Shown: in pieces, positions 14,582-22,534 of the stretch
How positions within the stretch are numbered: the stretch's first letter is position 1
Layout: the number at the start of each line of letters is the position of its first letter
From: Trichlorobacter lovleyi SZ
Lineage (GTDB): Bacteria > Desulfobacterota > Desulfuromonadia > Geobacterales > Pseudopelobacteraceae
Assembly (NCBI RefSeq): GCF_000020385.1
Contig: NC_010814.1
Coordinates: 1,230,001-1,262,000, forward strand
Length of the DNA: 32,000 nucleotides
Direction of reading: 5' to 3'
Made by a program: the position numbers and the translations under genes
The notes under the pieces: model-generated
What the model saw: only the letters and a program-made list of their open reading frames with translations
Databases searched by the model: none
What the model was told of the DNA's origin: nothing

Positions 14582-16379
14582 GGTAGTTGATCCTTTTCCG
14601 GTAGATCGGGTCTTTGGCCGATGTGTGGCAGACCAGACAGAGGTTGACCTGCAGGGTGCGTTGCACTTCCTGCTGGTTGAGCGGCCGGGCGTTTGCGCGG
14701 GTGATGGCCGAGTAGGCCTGTACCTGTCCCTTGTGCATGGTCAGATAACCGTCCAGCGGCTTGTTGTCTGAAAGCTCGCAGATTAAGGTCCCTTTGATGC
14801 TGCGTCCCTCGACAATATGCTGGCCGAATCCCAGGAAGGCGGGGTTGGCGTGGCACTGGGCGCATCCCACGGCCTGCCTGCCGGTGTTGTGGCCGTGGAA
14901 CGGTGCGAAGCGCAGCTGGCGCTTGCCTTTGTACTGCATGATCGCCTCATTCTGCAACACCGTGCCCTGCTCATCAACCACGGTCACGAAGGTCTGGCAG
15001 CCGGGGGTGACCGGCGAGATCCGGCCTTTCTGATTCAGGGCCAGGGGAAACGGGTAGAGGGTGCGGTAATCCTCGGTCTCGCTGAACTGTCCCGGTGTCT
15101 CTACCCCCTTGATAAAATCCATCTGGGTATTTTCCCGGTCATACCGGGTATGGCAGCCGTAACACTGCACCACAGTCCGGGAGTGACAGGCAGTGCAGGT
15201 CAGGCGTCCATGTCCGGTCACTGTATGTTCAGGTGTGCCGGTTATGATTTTAGAACGGAGCAGTCTGCCGCTCTGCTTGACCTGTACCACGACATTACCG
15301 TCAACATGAAAGACGTTTGAGAAAGGGCGCCCTTTGGAGGTCAGGATCATCTCCATGCCTGGCCGCATCTGCAGCGGGTAGGAACGGGATTCCCGAACCG
15401 GATCTTCATTTTCGCGGAGAATGGCACGGTAGCGGGGTGGTCTGTCAACAGAGCCGTGACAGTCTTCACAGGTGACCTCAAGCTGCCCGTGCAGGCTGGC
15501 TGAGGCATAGCCCTCCCCCATGACTTCCCGTGAGGTGTGGCAGTCAATACAGTCCATACCGGCAGTGTAATGGATATCCGGGGCGATATGGGTAAAGTTG
15601 CGCAGATCGCTGCCCCTGACCGGTCCCGGCTGTCCGTTGCGGGTGGGAACCATGCCGTTGTTGCCGTCCATCAGACCCTGGTAGGAGAGGGCTGTCCGCC
15701 CGCTGCGGTGGTGGCACTGGGCACAGGATTGCAGCGACGGCAGCGCATGCATGGCATGGCTGGAGCCATGGGGTGATTTACCCCGCATGGTTGGATCGCC
15801 TCCGTTGTAGGTGGCCTGGGCCTCATAGGGGAAGTGGCAGGCGGCGCATCCGGCCGGGTTGCCGGCACCGTTGCCCGGGTCCTGATGTCTGGCCAGATGG
15901 CAGCGGGCGCAGAACTTGCGGTACAGTTCTCCTGACAGGTTGTCCAGTTGAGCGACCTCCTGCTGCTTAAGCGCTTTGCCGTCAGTGTCATATAACTGCG
16001 CTGCCTGGCTGCCGTAGCGGATACCGGGGCGTTCGCCCTCCCAGGTGGCCTGGATCTGGGCAATCATGCCTGCCGCGGTAAACATCTGGCTGCTCTGCAT
16101 CCGCTCAAGCTGGTGACGGTGGCAGGGGCCGCACCCCGATTCCCAGCGGCCGGTATAGGAGCGGTTTGACAGACCGTAGATGCCGCGATGTGCCTCTGCT
16201 TTGGTCTTGGCTGCAGGATTGCCGCCGTGACAGGTTACACAACCACTGTGGCTGGAAGAGGTCTGTTCGATCCCCTTGTGGCAGGATAAGCACTGTTCAT
16301 GTTGGGCGTTGCGCGGAGAACAGCCCATAAGTGAAAAAGTACTTAAAATCAAAAGTATGAAGAAAAAAAATATGCGCAT
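14535..16379 (-). CDS. Dodecaheme c-type cytochrome lipoprotein
   Basis: ORF 14535..16475 trimmed to ATG 16379 (MRIFFFFILLILSTFSLMGC, lipobox LMGC). Twelve CXXCH motifs. 47-nt overlap with the next gene. Confidence 0.8.
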   Translation of the reverse strand: MRIFFFFILLILSTFSLMGCSPRNAQHEQCLSCHKGIEQTSSSHSGCVTCHGGNPAAKTKAEAHRGIYGLSNRSYTGRWESGCGPCHRHQLERMQSSQMFTAAGMIAQIQATWEGERPGIRYGSQAAQLYDTDGKALKQQEVAQLDNLSGELYRKFCARCHLARHQDPGNGAGNPAGCAACHFPYEAQATYNGGDPTMRGKSPHGSSHAMHALPSLQSCAQCHHRSGRTALSYQGLMDGNNGMVPTRNGQPGPVRGSDLRNFTHIAPDIHYTAGMDCIDCHTSREVMGEGYASASLHGQLEVTCEDCHGSVDRPPRYRAILRENEDPVRESRSYPLQMRPGMEMILTSKGRPFSNVFHVDGNVVVQVKQSGRLLRSKIITGTPEHTVTGHGRLTCTACHSRTVVQCYGCHTRYDRENTQMDFIKGVETPGQFSETEDYRTLYPFPLALNQKGRISPVTPGCQTFVTVVDEQGTVLQNEAIMQYKGKRQLRFAPFHGHNTGRQAVGCAQCHANPAFLGFGQHIVEGRSIKGTLICELSDNKPLDGYLTMHKGQVQAYSAITRANARPLNQQEVQRTLQVNLCLVCHTSAKDPIYRKRINYRDLDDTVHRRLLAPR

Positions 16380-16440
16380 GGTAATTTGGGACAGCATAGC
16401 AGCAGACCGGGAATCTTGCCAGTGACAGGATGATATCTGC

Positions 16441-16470
16441 AGAAAAAAGCCGGCGGTTTGAGCCGCCGGC
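16441..16470 (-). terminator. Rho-independent terminator after the Sec-cytochrome gene
   Basis: On the minus strand: GCCGGCGG-CUCAAA-CCGCCGGC followed by UUUUUU. Lies 52 nt past the stop at 16522. Confidence 0.75.
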
Positions 16471-16521
16471 ACCACATGAAGGAGGGATAGGTGAGTATCC
16501 CTGTGTTGCTTGTTTTGCCGG

Positions 16522-17865
16522 TTATTTTCCGGTAGTACTGATTTTTACGGTCTTTTTGAACTCTTTCCAGAGGAACGGATCATCATCCATGGTGCCGAAC
16601 GGCAGGTACCAGAGCCTGACTTCCAGATCCAGGGTGTCGCTGCTGATGCTGCTTACCTTCTTGCCATCCTTCTCCTCTGTCTTGACCGGGAAGAAGATGT
16701 CATGGGTTGTGATGATCGTCCTCAACGGCGGCAGGCTGGTGTCTTCCAGCATACCGCTCTTTTCGTAAGGACCACGTCCCATCCGGTCGCCTTTACCCAG
16801 TTGCTGAGGAATCGGCATGAATATACGTTCTGCGTTGAATACTTCCTTGCCACTCTTGTCTTTTGCTTTTACCGACAGAACCAGTCGGTTGGGGGTCGGT
16901 CAGCCATCGGGTATGCCGTGACCGGCCTTGTTGGTCAGCTCAATCCGTACCGCTGCCTTGGGACGGATAGTCGTGTTATCCCGCCAGTAGACCGAGTTGG
17001 TTTCCACATGCATCTCAACCGCCTTTTGAGCCATCTCCTTGGAGCGGTAACTCTGCATGTTATGGCCCAGCTTGCTCTCACGCATATGGCACTGCTGGCA
17101 GCTCTTGTTGCCCCCTTCCGGTATATAGGCCATCAGGTAGCTGGCATAGCCGGTTGCACACTGGGTCGGGTTTTCCTGATCAAAGTTGGGGCCCTGTCCG
17201 TGACACTGGCCACACATGATCGATTCAGACATGATCTGCCCTTTGGCCATTTTGGTGAACTTGCCATCCATATGCTCGCCTGACTTGCTGCCGTAGACCG
17301 TATCCTTTTTGGGGTAGCCTTCAGACCACTTGTGGGTAATGGCATTACGGTTGTGGCAGATCAGGCAGTTAATATTAAGTGAGGAAAGGGTCTTCTCAAG
17401 TTTTTCTGCCTTGTCGGTATCTTCCTTTTTAATGGCGGCATCCCAATCCCAGAGCGTGGTCACGATTTCCTGAGCAACCTTGTCGGTTGCATCAGCCAGT
17501 TGGGGCAGGTGACACTTGGTACAGCCCTGCAGGTGTTCAACCTTGACATCCTTGGGTGACTTGACACCGGAGGCGGGCCAATCCATTGCGCCGTTGATGA
17601 TAGCGGTCCTGAAGGTGGCTGCAGTACGTCCTGTGCCAAAGATAGAGCGGGCGTGGATCGATTTTGCCCATTCGTCATGGGCCTGCTGATGGCAGCCGAT
17701 GCAGGAACTGGAGTCATAGCGTGCCACCAGTTCGGCAATACTGTTGGCCTTGGGCTGCGAAGCAAGGGTGGCGTCGCGGCCAACACCGACAGGAGCGGCA
17801 AGCGCCGCTACGGCAAAGGTACTAAGTGCCAGGCAGGCCAGAACTGTAGTACGAAATAGGTGCAT
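16522..17865 (-). CDS. extKL: Pentaheme c-type cytochrome selenoprotein (ExtKL-type); TGA at 16902-16900 read as Sec (447 aa)
   Basis: ORFs 16900..17865 and 16522..16818 are in the same frame (offset 1047 nt) with no other stop between them. Junction: ...NKAGHGIPDG-U-PTPNRLVLSVKAKDKSGKEV... Five CXXCH motifs (CIGCH, CTKCH, CLICH, CGQCH, CQQCH). SECIS-like hairpin downstream. The gene context matches extHIJKL. Confidence 0.8.
16871..16889 (-). promoter_or_regulatory. Candidate SECIS hairpin for TGA 16902-16900
   Basis: Minus-strand RNA ACCGAC-UGGUUCU-GUCGGU: 6-bp perfect stem with GGU in the loop. The loop begins 17 nt after UGA. Confidence 0.55.
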
Positions 17866-17907
17866 AGTGATTACTCCCCGTGAATCATTAAAGCTGCCAT
17901 GTCTGGT

Positions 17908-18192
17908 TTAGCAGCCTTGCAGGGCTGCCGCTGCCTTGTCCACCTTGACTGTGTCGCCAGCCTTCAGATCGGCAGCATTTGGTGCCTGGATGGTAAGTTT
18001 TGCACCGTCCACAGCAGTAACCTTGCCGGCTTTCCCGTTCAACTTTACCTTGGCGCCTGCTTTGAATTTTGCATCAGCGCCCATTTCAACCACAGCCTGG
18101 CCATCGGCAACGGAAACCACCTTGCCCTCGGCAGCAAAGGCAGCAGTGGCGGCAAAGAGGGACAGAGTCAGTACGGAAATGAGTTTCTTCAT
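17908..18192 (-). CDS. Small secreted Lys/Ala/Gly-rich beta-type protein ending in -Gly-Cys
   Basis: ORF trimmed to ATG 18192 (AGGAG upstream). Signal peptide MKKLISVLTLSLFAATAAFA. Internal repeats GKVVSVADGQAVV and GKVTAVDGAKLTI. C-terminus ...AAAALQGC followed by TAA. Confidence 0.7.
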   Translation of the reverse strand: MKKLISVLTLSLFAATAAFAAEGKVVSVADGQAVVEMGADAKFKAGAKVKLNGKAGKVTAVDGAKLTIQAPNAADLKAGDTVKVDKAAAALQGC

Positions 18193-18230
18193 TGTTTTCT
18201 CTCCTTTTGATTCGTAATGGGCAGACAGGG

Positions 18231-18581
18231 CTACATTGAGTCTACCGGTTGTGCCCACCTGATTTTAATCCCGGACCGTTCAGCTGCCTTGGCAGGTTCC
18301 GAAACCTTTGGAGGCGCCGCCTTTGGTGAGGGTGCCGTGGCAGCATCAGGCACGGCTTTGGTGGCAGCTGCAGCATTCGAGCCTGGTTGCTGAACCTGTT
18401 GAGCTTCTTCTTTGCTGCGGCGGAAACTGACCTGTTCAACCGGATCGCCGTTCTGCTCAATCCGTATCGTCTGAATCTTGCCTGAGCGGTGCGTGATAAT
18501 GATCTCGTCAGCCATGGATGCGGTTGCCATTGAAAAGAGGCCAAGGCTCATCAAGGCAGGAAGCAGTTTCAGAACATTCAT
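18231..18581 (-). CDS. Small secreted protein with an Ala/Pro-rich low-complexity tail (occupies the ExtJ position)
   Basis: ORF trimmed to ATG 18581. Signal peptide MNVLKLLPALMSLGLFSMATASMA. Confidence 0.6.
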   Translation of the reverse strand: MNVLKLLPALMSLGLFSMATASMADEIIITHRSGKIQTIRIEQNGDPVEQVSFRRSKEEAQQVQQPGSNAAAATKAVPDAATAPSPKAAPPKVSEPAKAAERSGIKIRWAQPVDSM

Positions 18582-18649
18582 GTAGGCTCCTGATCTGGTT
18601 GTTGTCCGGTCAGGGGGTAACACGTTCCCCCCGACCGGGCTTGGCATGG

Positions 18650-19861
18650 TTAGAAAATCACCTGTAGCTGGGTAATAAAGGTGTTGAAGTCTTTGGTCCG
18701 TACATTGGTACCATCCGGACCGCTGTAGGTACCCTTCTTGTCAAACATGGTCATGCCGTACTCCATGGTAACCTTCAGGTTCTGGCCCCAGATGTAGTAG
18801 TTGGCACCGACGCCGGCCCAGTCAACCCGCTGGTCGTAAATGTTGTTCAGTTGGGCAAATTTCCACTTTTCGTAGCGGCCGAAGAGTTGCAGCGGCAGGT
18901 TGGGCAGCATGTAGCCTCCCTTGAGGTACCAGCCGTTTTTCTCCCCGTTCAGTCCGATGGTGTTCGTGTCGGGGTTGGCGCCCAGATAGGCGTTGTCCAG
19001 CTTGTAGTTGGCGTAGGCACCGGAAACGGTAATGGTGCCCATATCTTTAACCGGATACTCAAAGAAACCGTCCAGGGTCCAGGCGTAATAATCCTTTTCA
19101 CCGGTTTTTGCTGCCACGTTGCTGTAGGCAACCTTCGGTTCATACTGCATGGCACCGCCGATGGTCAAAACCTTCTTTTTGCCCAGATAGGTCCCCTTGT
19201 AGCCATAGTCGTTCTCCGGATCAAGCAGCGAGGCATGGGCCCGCATGGTGTAGCGGAAGTTGGATTTGGGAGCACTCTCGCCGGAAGCCGCTTTCCGCCC
19301 TTCCATGACGTCAAGCCGGTACTGGAACATATCCTTGTACACGTTGCCCCAGACTGCCAGACCCATGTCACGGGTGGTCACAAAGGGGGCGCGGATGAAC
19401 AGGGAACGGTCCAGCGTCAGAGGCATTTCACAGGCCTCCAGGTTCTCACGCGAGAAATTGTACTTGAATTTACCGACATTGACATTGAAGGCGTCATGCA
19501 GGTTAAAACGTACAACCGCATCCAGGATCGTGAATTCAGGGTTGGTCGGCGTACTGTTGACTCCCAGAGTGTTGATGCTGGTCTGGTCCACAAACTCCGT
19601 CTGCACATACAGGCTCATCATATCGCCATAGGCCCCCATCAGGGCCAGCCGGTTCCGGCGGAAGTTGAAGTTGGTGGTTGTGTCATCGTTGTTGGTGCCT
19701 GAACCGCTGTCACGGACAGTCATCTGGAACTGGCCCTTATAGTCAATTTGCAGCACCCCTTTATCATCAGGCCCGAAGGTTATCTGGGGGCCGGCCATGG
19801 CCGGTGCGGCCAGGCCCAGCATCAGTGCGGCTGCAGCGCTTACTTTACCGATTTTAGTCAT
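18650..19861 (-). CDS. extI: Outer-membrane beta-barrel porin (ExtI-like)
   Basis: Start ATG 19861 (AGGAG 9 nt upstream); ATG 19894 is an alternative. Signal peptide ...LGLAAPAMA. Alternating beta-strand pattern rich in Y/G/N. C-terminal ...QLQVIF ends in the typical terminal Phe. Confidence 0.75.
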   Translation of the reverse strand: MTKIGKVSAAAALMLGLAAPAMAGPQITFGPDDKGVLQIDYKGQFQMTVRDSGSGTNNDDTTTNFNFRRNRLALMGAYGDMMSLYVQTEFVDQTSINTLGVNSTPTNPEFTILDAVVRFNLHDAFNVNVGKFKYNFSRENLEACEMPLTLDRSLFIRAPFVTTRDMGLAVWGNVYKDMFQYRLDVMEGRKAASGESAPKSNFRYTMRAHASLLDPENDYGYKGTYLGKKKVLTIGGAMQYEPKVAYSNVAAKTGEKDYYAWTLDGFFEYPVKDMGTITVSGAYANYKLDNAYLGANPDTNTIGLNGEKNGWYLKGGYMLPNLPLQLFGRYEKWKFAQLNNIYDQRVDWAGVGANYYIWGQNLKVTMEYGMTMFDKKGTYSGPDGTNVRTKDFNTFITQLQVIF

Positions 19862-19926
19862 AGAAGATTTCTCCTTTGATATGTGCTGAGTCATAGACTG
19901 GTTATCCGATGGACTCTACGGCTGGA

Positions 19927-21279
19927 TCAGCAGCCGCTGCCGGTGCCACCGCCGCCGCCACCGCCGGTTGTTGTGCCGCCGCTGGTGAAGTAGGCCTTGT
20001 CTTCGTTCAGCATCTGGTTGGCGCGGGGATCGGTGATGGTTGAATAGATGGCATTAGCGATTGGGTCTATGGTTAGTGTTGCCGGCTTGACGTTGCCGGT
20101 GCCGGCAGGATCATACAGAGAAGCATTTGCGGTTCTGTTTATTGCCACTGTTGCAGAGGTGTTGACATTGGTGCGCCATGCCGTAGCCACCGGGCTTGTT
20201 GAGAGGGATGTGTAACCGCTCCATTGGCCCCATGAACCGTCATACAGGGTGACCGGCCAGCCGAGGATGCCGTCCAGGACAAAGAATGCCGTTGAGGCAC
20301 GCATGCCGCTGGCGCAGTAGAGGTAGGTCATGGTTTTGTTGGCGGTTATGCCAAAATTGGCAAGATTGGCGGTTAATGCAGCGGTATCCTTGAATGTTCC
20401 TGCCACGGTGCCGTAATAGTTCATATGGCTGTCAAGGACAGTGGTGGTTCCGTTGTTATAGGTGGCTGCATTGGCAATGTACGGGTGAGTGGTCACGTTG
20501 ACACCGCCACGCTCATCCATGATGGCGACACCGGTTGCGCCGGTGCTGATGGTTCCGGCATTGATCTTGTCCACAAGGTTGATCATTTCGCCGATTGAGT
20601 AACGCAGGTTAAAGTTGGTGGTGGTTGTGCCGTTATACAGGTTCTTGACGCTGAAAGTGGAGGCCGGGATGGTCGGTACGGTTGCTGTCACCGCGTAGGC
20701 TGCCGGCCATGTAGCCGCCGCAGTTGTCCAGGCGGTCTGGCCACCGTTGAGGATCTTTACGCGTTCTTTGGGGAAGCCCCAGTAGCGAAGTGTGAAATAG
20801 ACCCTGGATGCGTTCATGGCTGTGTCGGTCCCTGTCGGGGCAATGACAATCGTCGTATACTGGTTGATACCGAGTCTTTGGATATGTCCGTCAATGGTCG
20901 GGCCGTCCATAACCATGGTGCCGATCGCAGTGACACCTTCCAGGCGGGTCAGGTTCAGTGCCCCGGAGTCCAGTAACTGCGAACCGGGGATGTGGGCTGT
21001 GGCATAGTTGGCCGGGGTTCCTACTGATACAATCACTACCCGATCACGGGTTGCAGGGTCGGGGTTGTTGACCTTGCCTTCATCCATCCATTGTTTAAGG
21101 GTTGCCGGTTCAATCAGTGCCGTTGCTGTTTTTGTCGTTGTGATTGAGGCATTGGGGTCAGTGTAGCTGCTGGTTCCGCCTCCACCTCCGCAACCCCACA
21201 GTGTCAGTGCGGTGGTCAGCAGTAAGCCGGCCAGACTGAACAGCATGCTCCTTCTTGTCATCACAAAACGTTGCATCAT
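19927..21279 (-). CDS. extH: Multi-domain rhodanese-family lipoprotein (ExtH-like) with a Gly-rich C-terminal tail ending in Cys
   Basis: AGGAGG 5 nt upstream of ATG 21279. Lipobox TLWGC followed by GGGGG. Rhodanese motifs ATAHIPGS and YCASGMRAS (CX4R). Tail TSGGTTTGGGGGGGTGSGC followed by TGA. Confidence 0.75.
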   Translation of the reverse strand: MMQRFVMTRRSMLFSLAGLLLTTALTLWGCGGGGGTSSYTDPNASITTTKTATALIEPATLKQWMDEGKVNNPDPATRDRVVIVSVGTPANYATAHIPGSQLLDSGALNLTRLEGVTAIGTMVMDGPTIDGHIQRLGINQYTTIVIAPTGTDTAMNASRVYFTLRYWGFPKERVKILNGGQTAWTTAAATWPAAYAVTATVPTIPASTFSVKNLYNGTTTTNFNLRYSIGEMINLVDKINAGTISTGATGVAIMDERGGVNVTTHPYIANAATYNNGTTTVLDSHMNYYGTVAGTFKDTAALTANLANFGITANKTMTYLYCASGMRASTAFFVLDGILGWPVTLYDGSWGQWSGYTSLSTSPVATAWRTNVNTSATVAINRTANASLYDPAGTGNVKPATLTIDPIANAIYSTITDPRANQMLNEDKAYFTSGGTTTGGGGGGGTGSGC

Positions 21280-21360
21280 ACACACCTCCTGAGGTTTTGG
21301 CCTGTCGGCCGTTGGTTGGGGCATACGCAGGTTTCCTGTGACATGCGTACGCGGACTGAT

Positions 21361-21372
21361 CTTACATGTAAG
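21361..21372. promoter_or_regulatory. Perfect 12-bp palindrome CTTACATGTAAG in the ext/lysR divergent region
   Basis: Read directly. Followed by the related direct repeat TCATATGTAGG. About 80 nt upstream of the extH-like start. Confidence 0.35.
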
Positions 21373-21565
21373 GTATTCATATGTAGGACCGGGTACTCCG
21401 AAATGCAGGCGGAGTTGTTGTTTTCTTTAGTAAATTTGTTGTAAGATGCAGGGTGAATATTGAGTTCAATCATTCTGATGGTTTACATGGATTTTTTACC
21501 ACATTTGCGCTACAGTCGGTTTGCGAAACTTTTTCTTGACTGTATTCCTGTTTGGCAGGGGTAAA

Positions 21566-21581
21566 ATCCAGATATCTGGAT
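21566..21581. promoter_or_regulatory. Perfect 16-bp palindrome ATCCAGATATCTGGAT; candidate LysR-type (T-N11-A) autoregulatory box
   Basis: Read directly. Ends 23 nt upstream of the LysR ATG (21605). Confidence 0.45.
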
Positions 21582-21604
21582 ATCTTTATGGGACGGTGAC
21601 AGGG

Positions 21605-22498
21605 ATGGATATTGATGTGTTAAAGAGTCTGGTGGCTGCCGTGGAGACGGGGTCGTTTTCCCGTGCGGCAACTTCGCTCTATATCAGTCAGTCAGCGGTC
21701 TCTAAACGCGTAAAGATGCTTGAGGATAAGTTGGGACTGGCCTTGTTGGACCGCTCCGGCCCCCAGTTGCAACTGACTCCGGCCGGCAGGATCGTGGTGA
21801 AAAACGCCAAGGCGATCATTGACGTTTGCTGCCGCTGCACGGAAGAGTTACGGCAGTTTAGGCAGGAACGAAATGTTTCATTCTGCTGCACGCCGGCCTT
21901 TGGCCTGACCTATCTTCCCAAGATCGTGCGGGCTTTTATGGAGCTGCGGCCCGATGTGAGTAGTTTTCGTTTTACCTTTGACAACCCTGAAAAGATCATG
22001 GACGGTCTGCAGAGTGGTGACTTTCAGATGGCGGTGGTTGAACATTGCGACTTTTTCCCGCTTCAGGGGACCGTGATTGACAGGTTGCCGGATGATGTGA
22101 TGCTGCTGGTAGGCCCCGCCTCCCTTGGCGCCCAGTCGCAGCAATGGACACTTGACGAACTGCTGGCAAAAAATATCTGCGTCCGTTCAAATGGCTGTTG
22201 TTCCCGTCTGATCCTTGAGGACAAAATGGCGGCAGCAGGCAGGTCAATGGATGCGTTCAGCCGGGTGCTGACCTATGATGACCTTAACATGATTCTGGAG
22301 GCGGTACTCGAAGGTGACGGTGTCGGGTATGTCGCCAGGAACGTGGTTGAAAAACATCTGGCGGACGGCACCATGGTTGCCTTGGAGGTGCCCGGTTTCG
22401 AACAGGTCTTCCATCGTTCTCTGCTGGTGGGCCCCAGTTTCCAGCCGTCGCAGGAGTCGGATGACCTGATCCGGCTGATTCGTGAGATTACCTGTTGA
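21605..22498 (+). CDS. LysR-family transcriptional regulator, divergent from the ext-like cluster
   Basis: ORF trimmed to ATG 21605. N-terminal HTH LVAAVETGSFSRAATSLYISQSAVSKRVKMLE. 297 aa, a typical LTTR size. Confidence 0.85.
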   Translation: MDIDVLKSLVAAVETGSFSRAATSLYISQSAVSKRVKMLEDKLGLALLDRSGPQLQLTPAGRIVVKNAKAIIDVCCRCTEELRQFRQERNVSFCCTPAFGLTYLPKIVRAFMELRPDVSSFRFTFDNPEKIMDGLQSGDFQMAVVEHCDFFPLQGTVIDRLPDDVMLLVGPASLGAQSQQWTLDELLAKNICVRSNGCCSRLILEDKMAAAGRSMDAFSRVLTYDDLNMILEAVLEGDGVGYVARNVVEKHLADGTMVALEVPGFEQVFHRSLLVGPSFQPSQESDDLIRLIREITC

Positions 22499-22518
22499 CG
22501 TCACCGCGTGACGTCAAC
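22494..22518 (+). terminator. Perfect 11-bp-stem hairpin made of two TGACGTCA palindromes, spanning the lysR stop
   Basis: GTTGACGTCAC-CGC-GTGACGTCAAC. Weak T-tract (GTTTA). Could be a terminator/insulator or a protein-binding site 17 nt before queC. Confidence 0.4.
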
Positions 22519-22534
22519 GTTTACGAGGTTCTTC

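Noticed and set aside
19895-19929. Possible Sec read-through of the TGA that follows the terminal Cys of the rhodanese lipoprotein (a TrxR-like GC-U ending).
   Set aside because: Read-through would add only 11 unremarkable residues (SSRRVHRITSL) before another stop. I found no convincing hairpin at SECIS distance, and the porin RBS region follows directly.
22494-22534. PreQ1 riboswitch upstream of queC.
   Set aside because: The hairpin lacks the conserved preQ1-I loop and the A-rich 3' tail. It overlaps the lysR stop codon and is better explained as a terminator or binding site.
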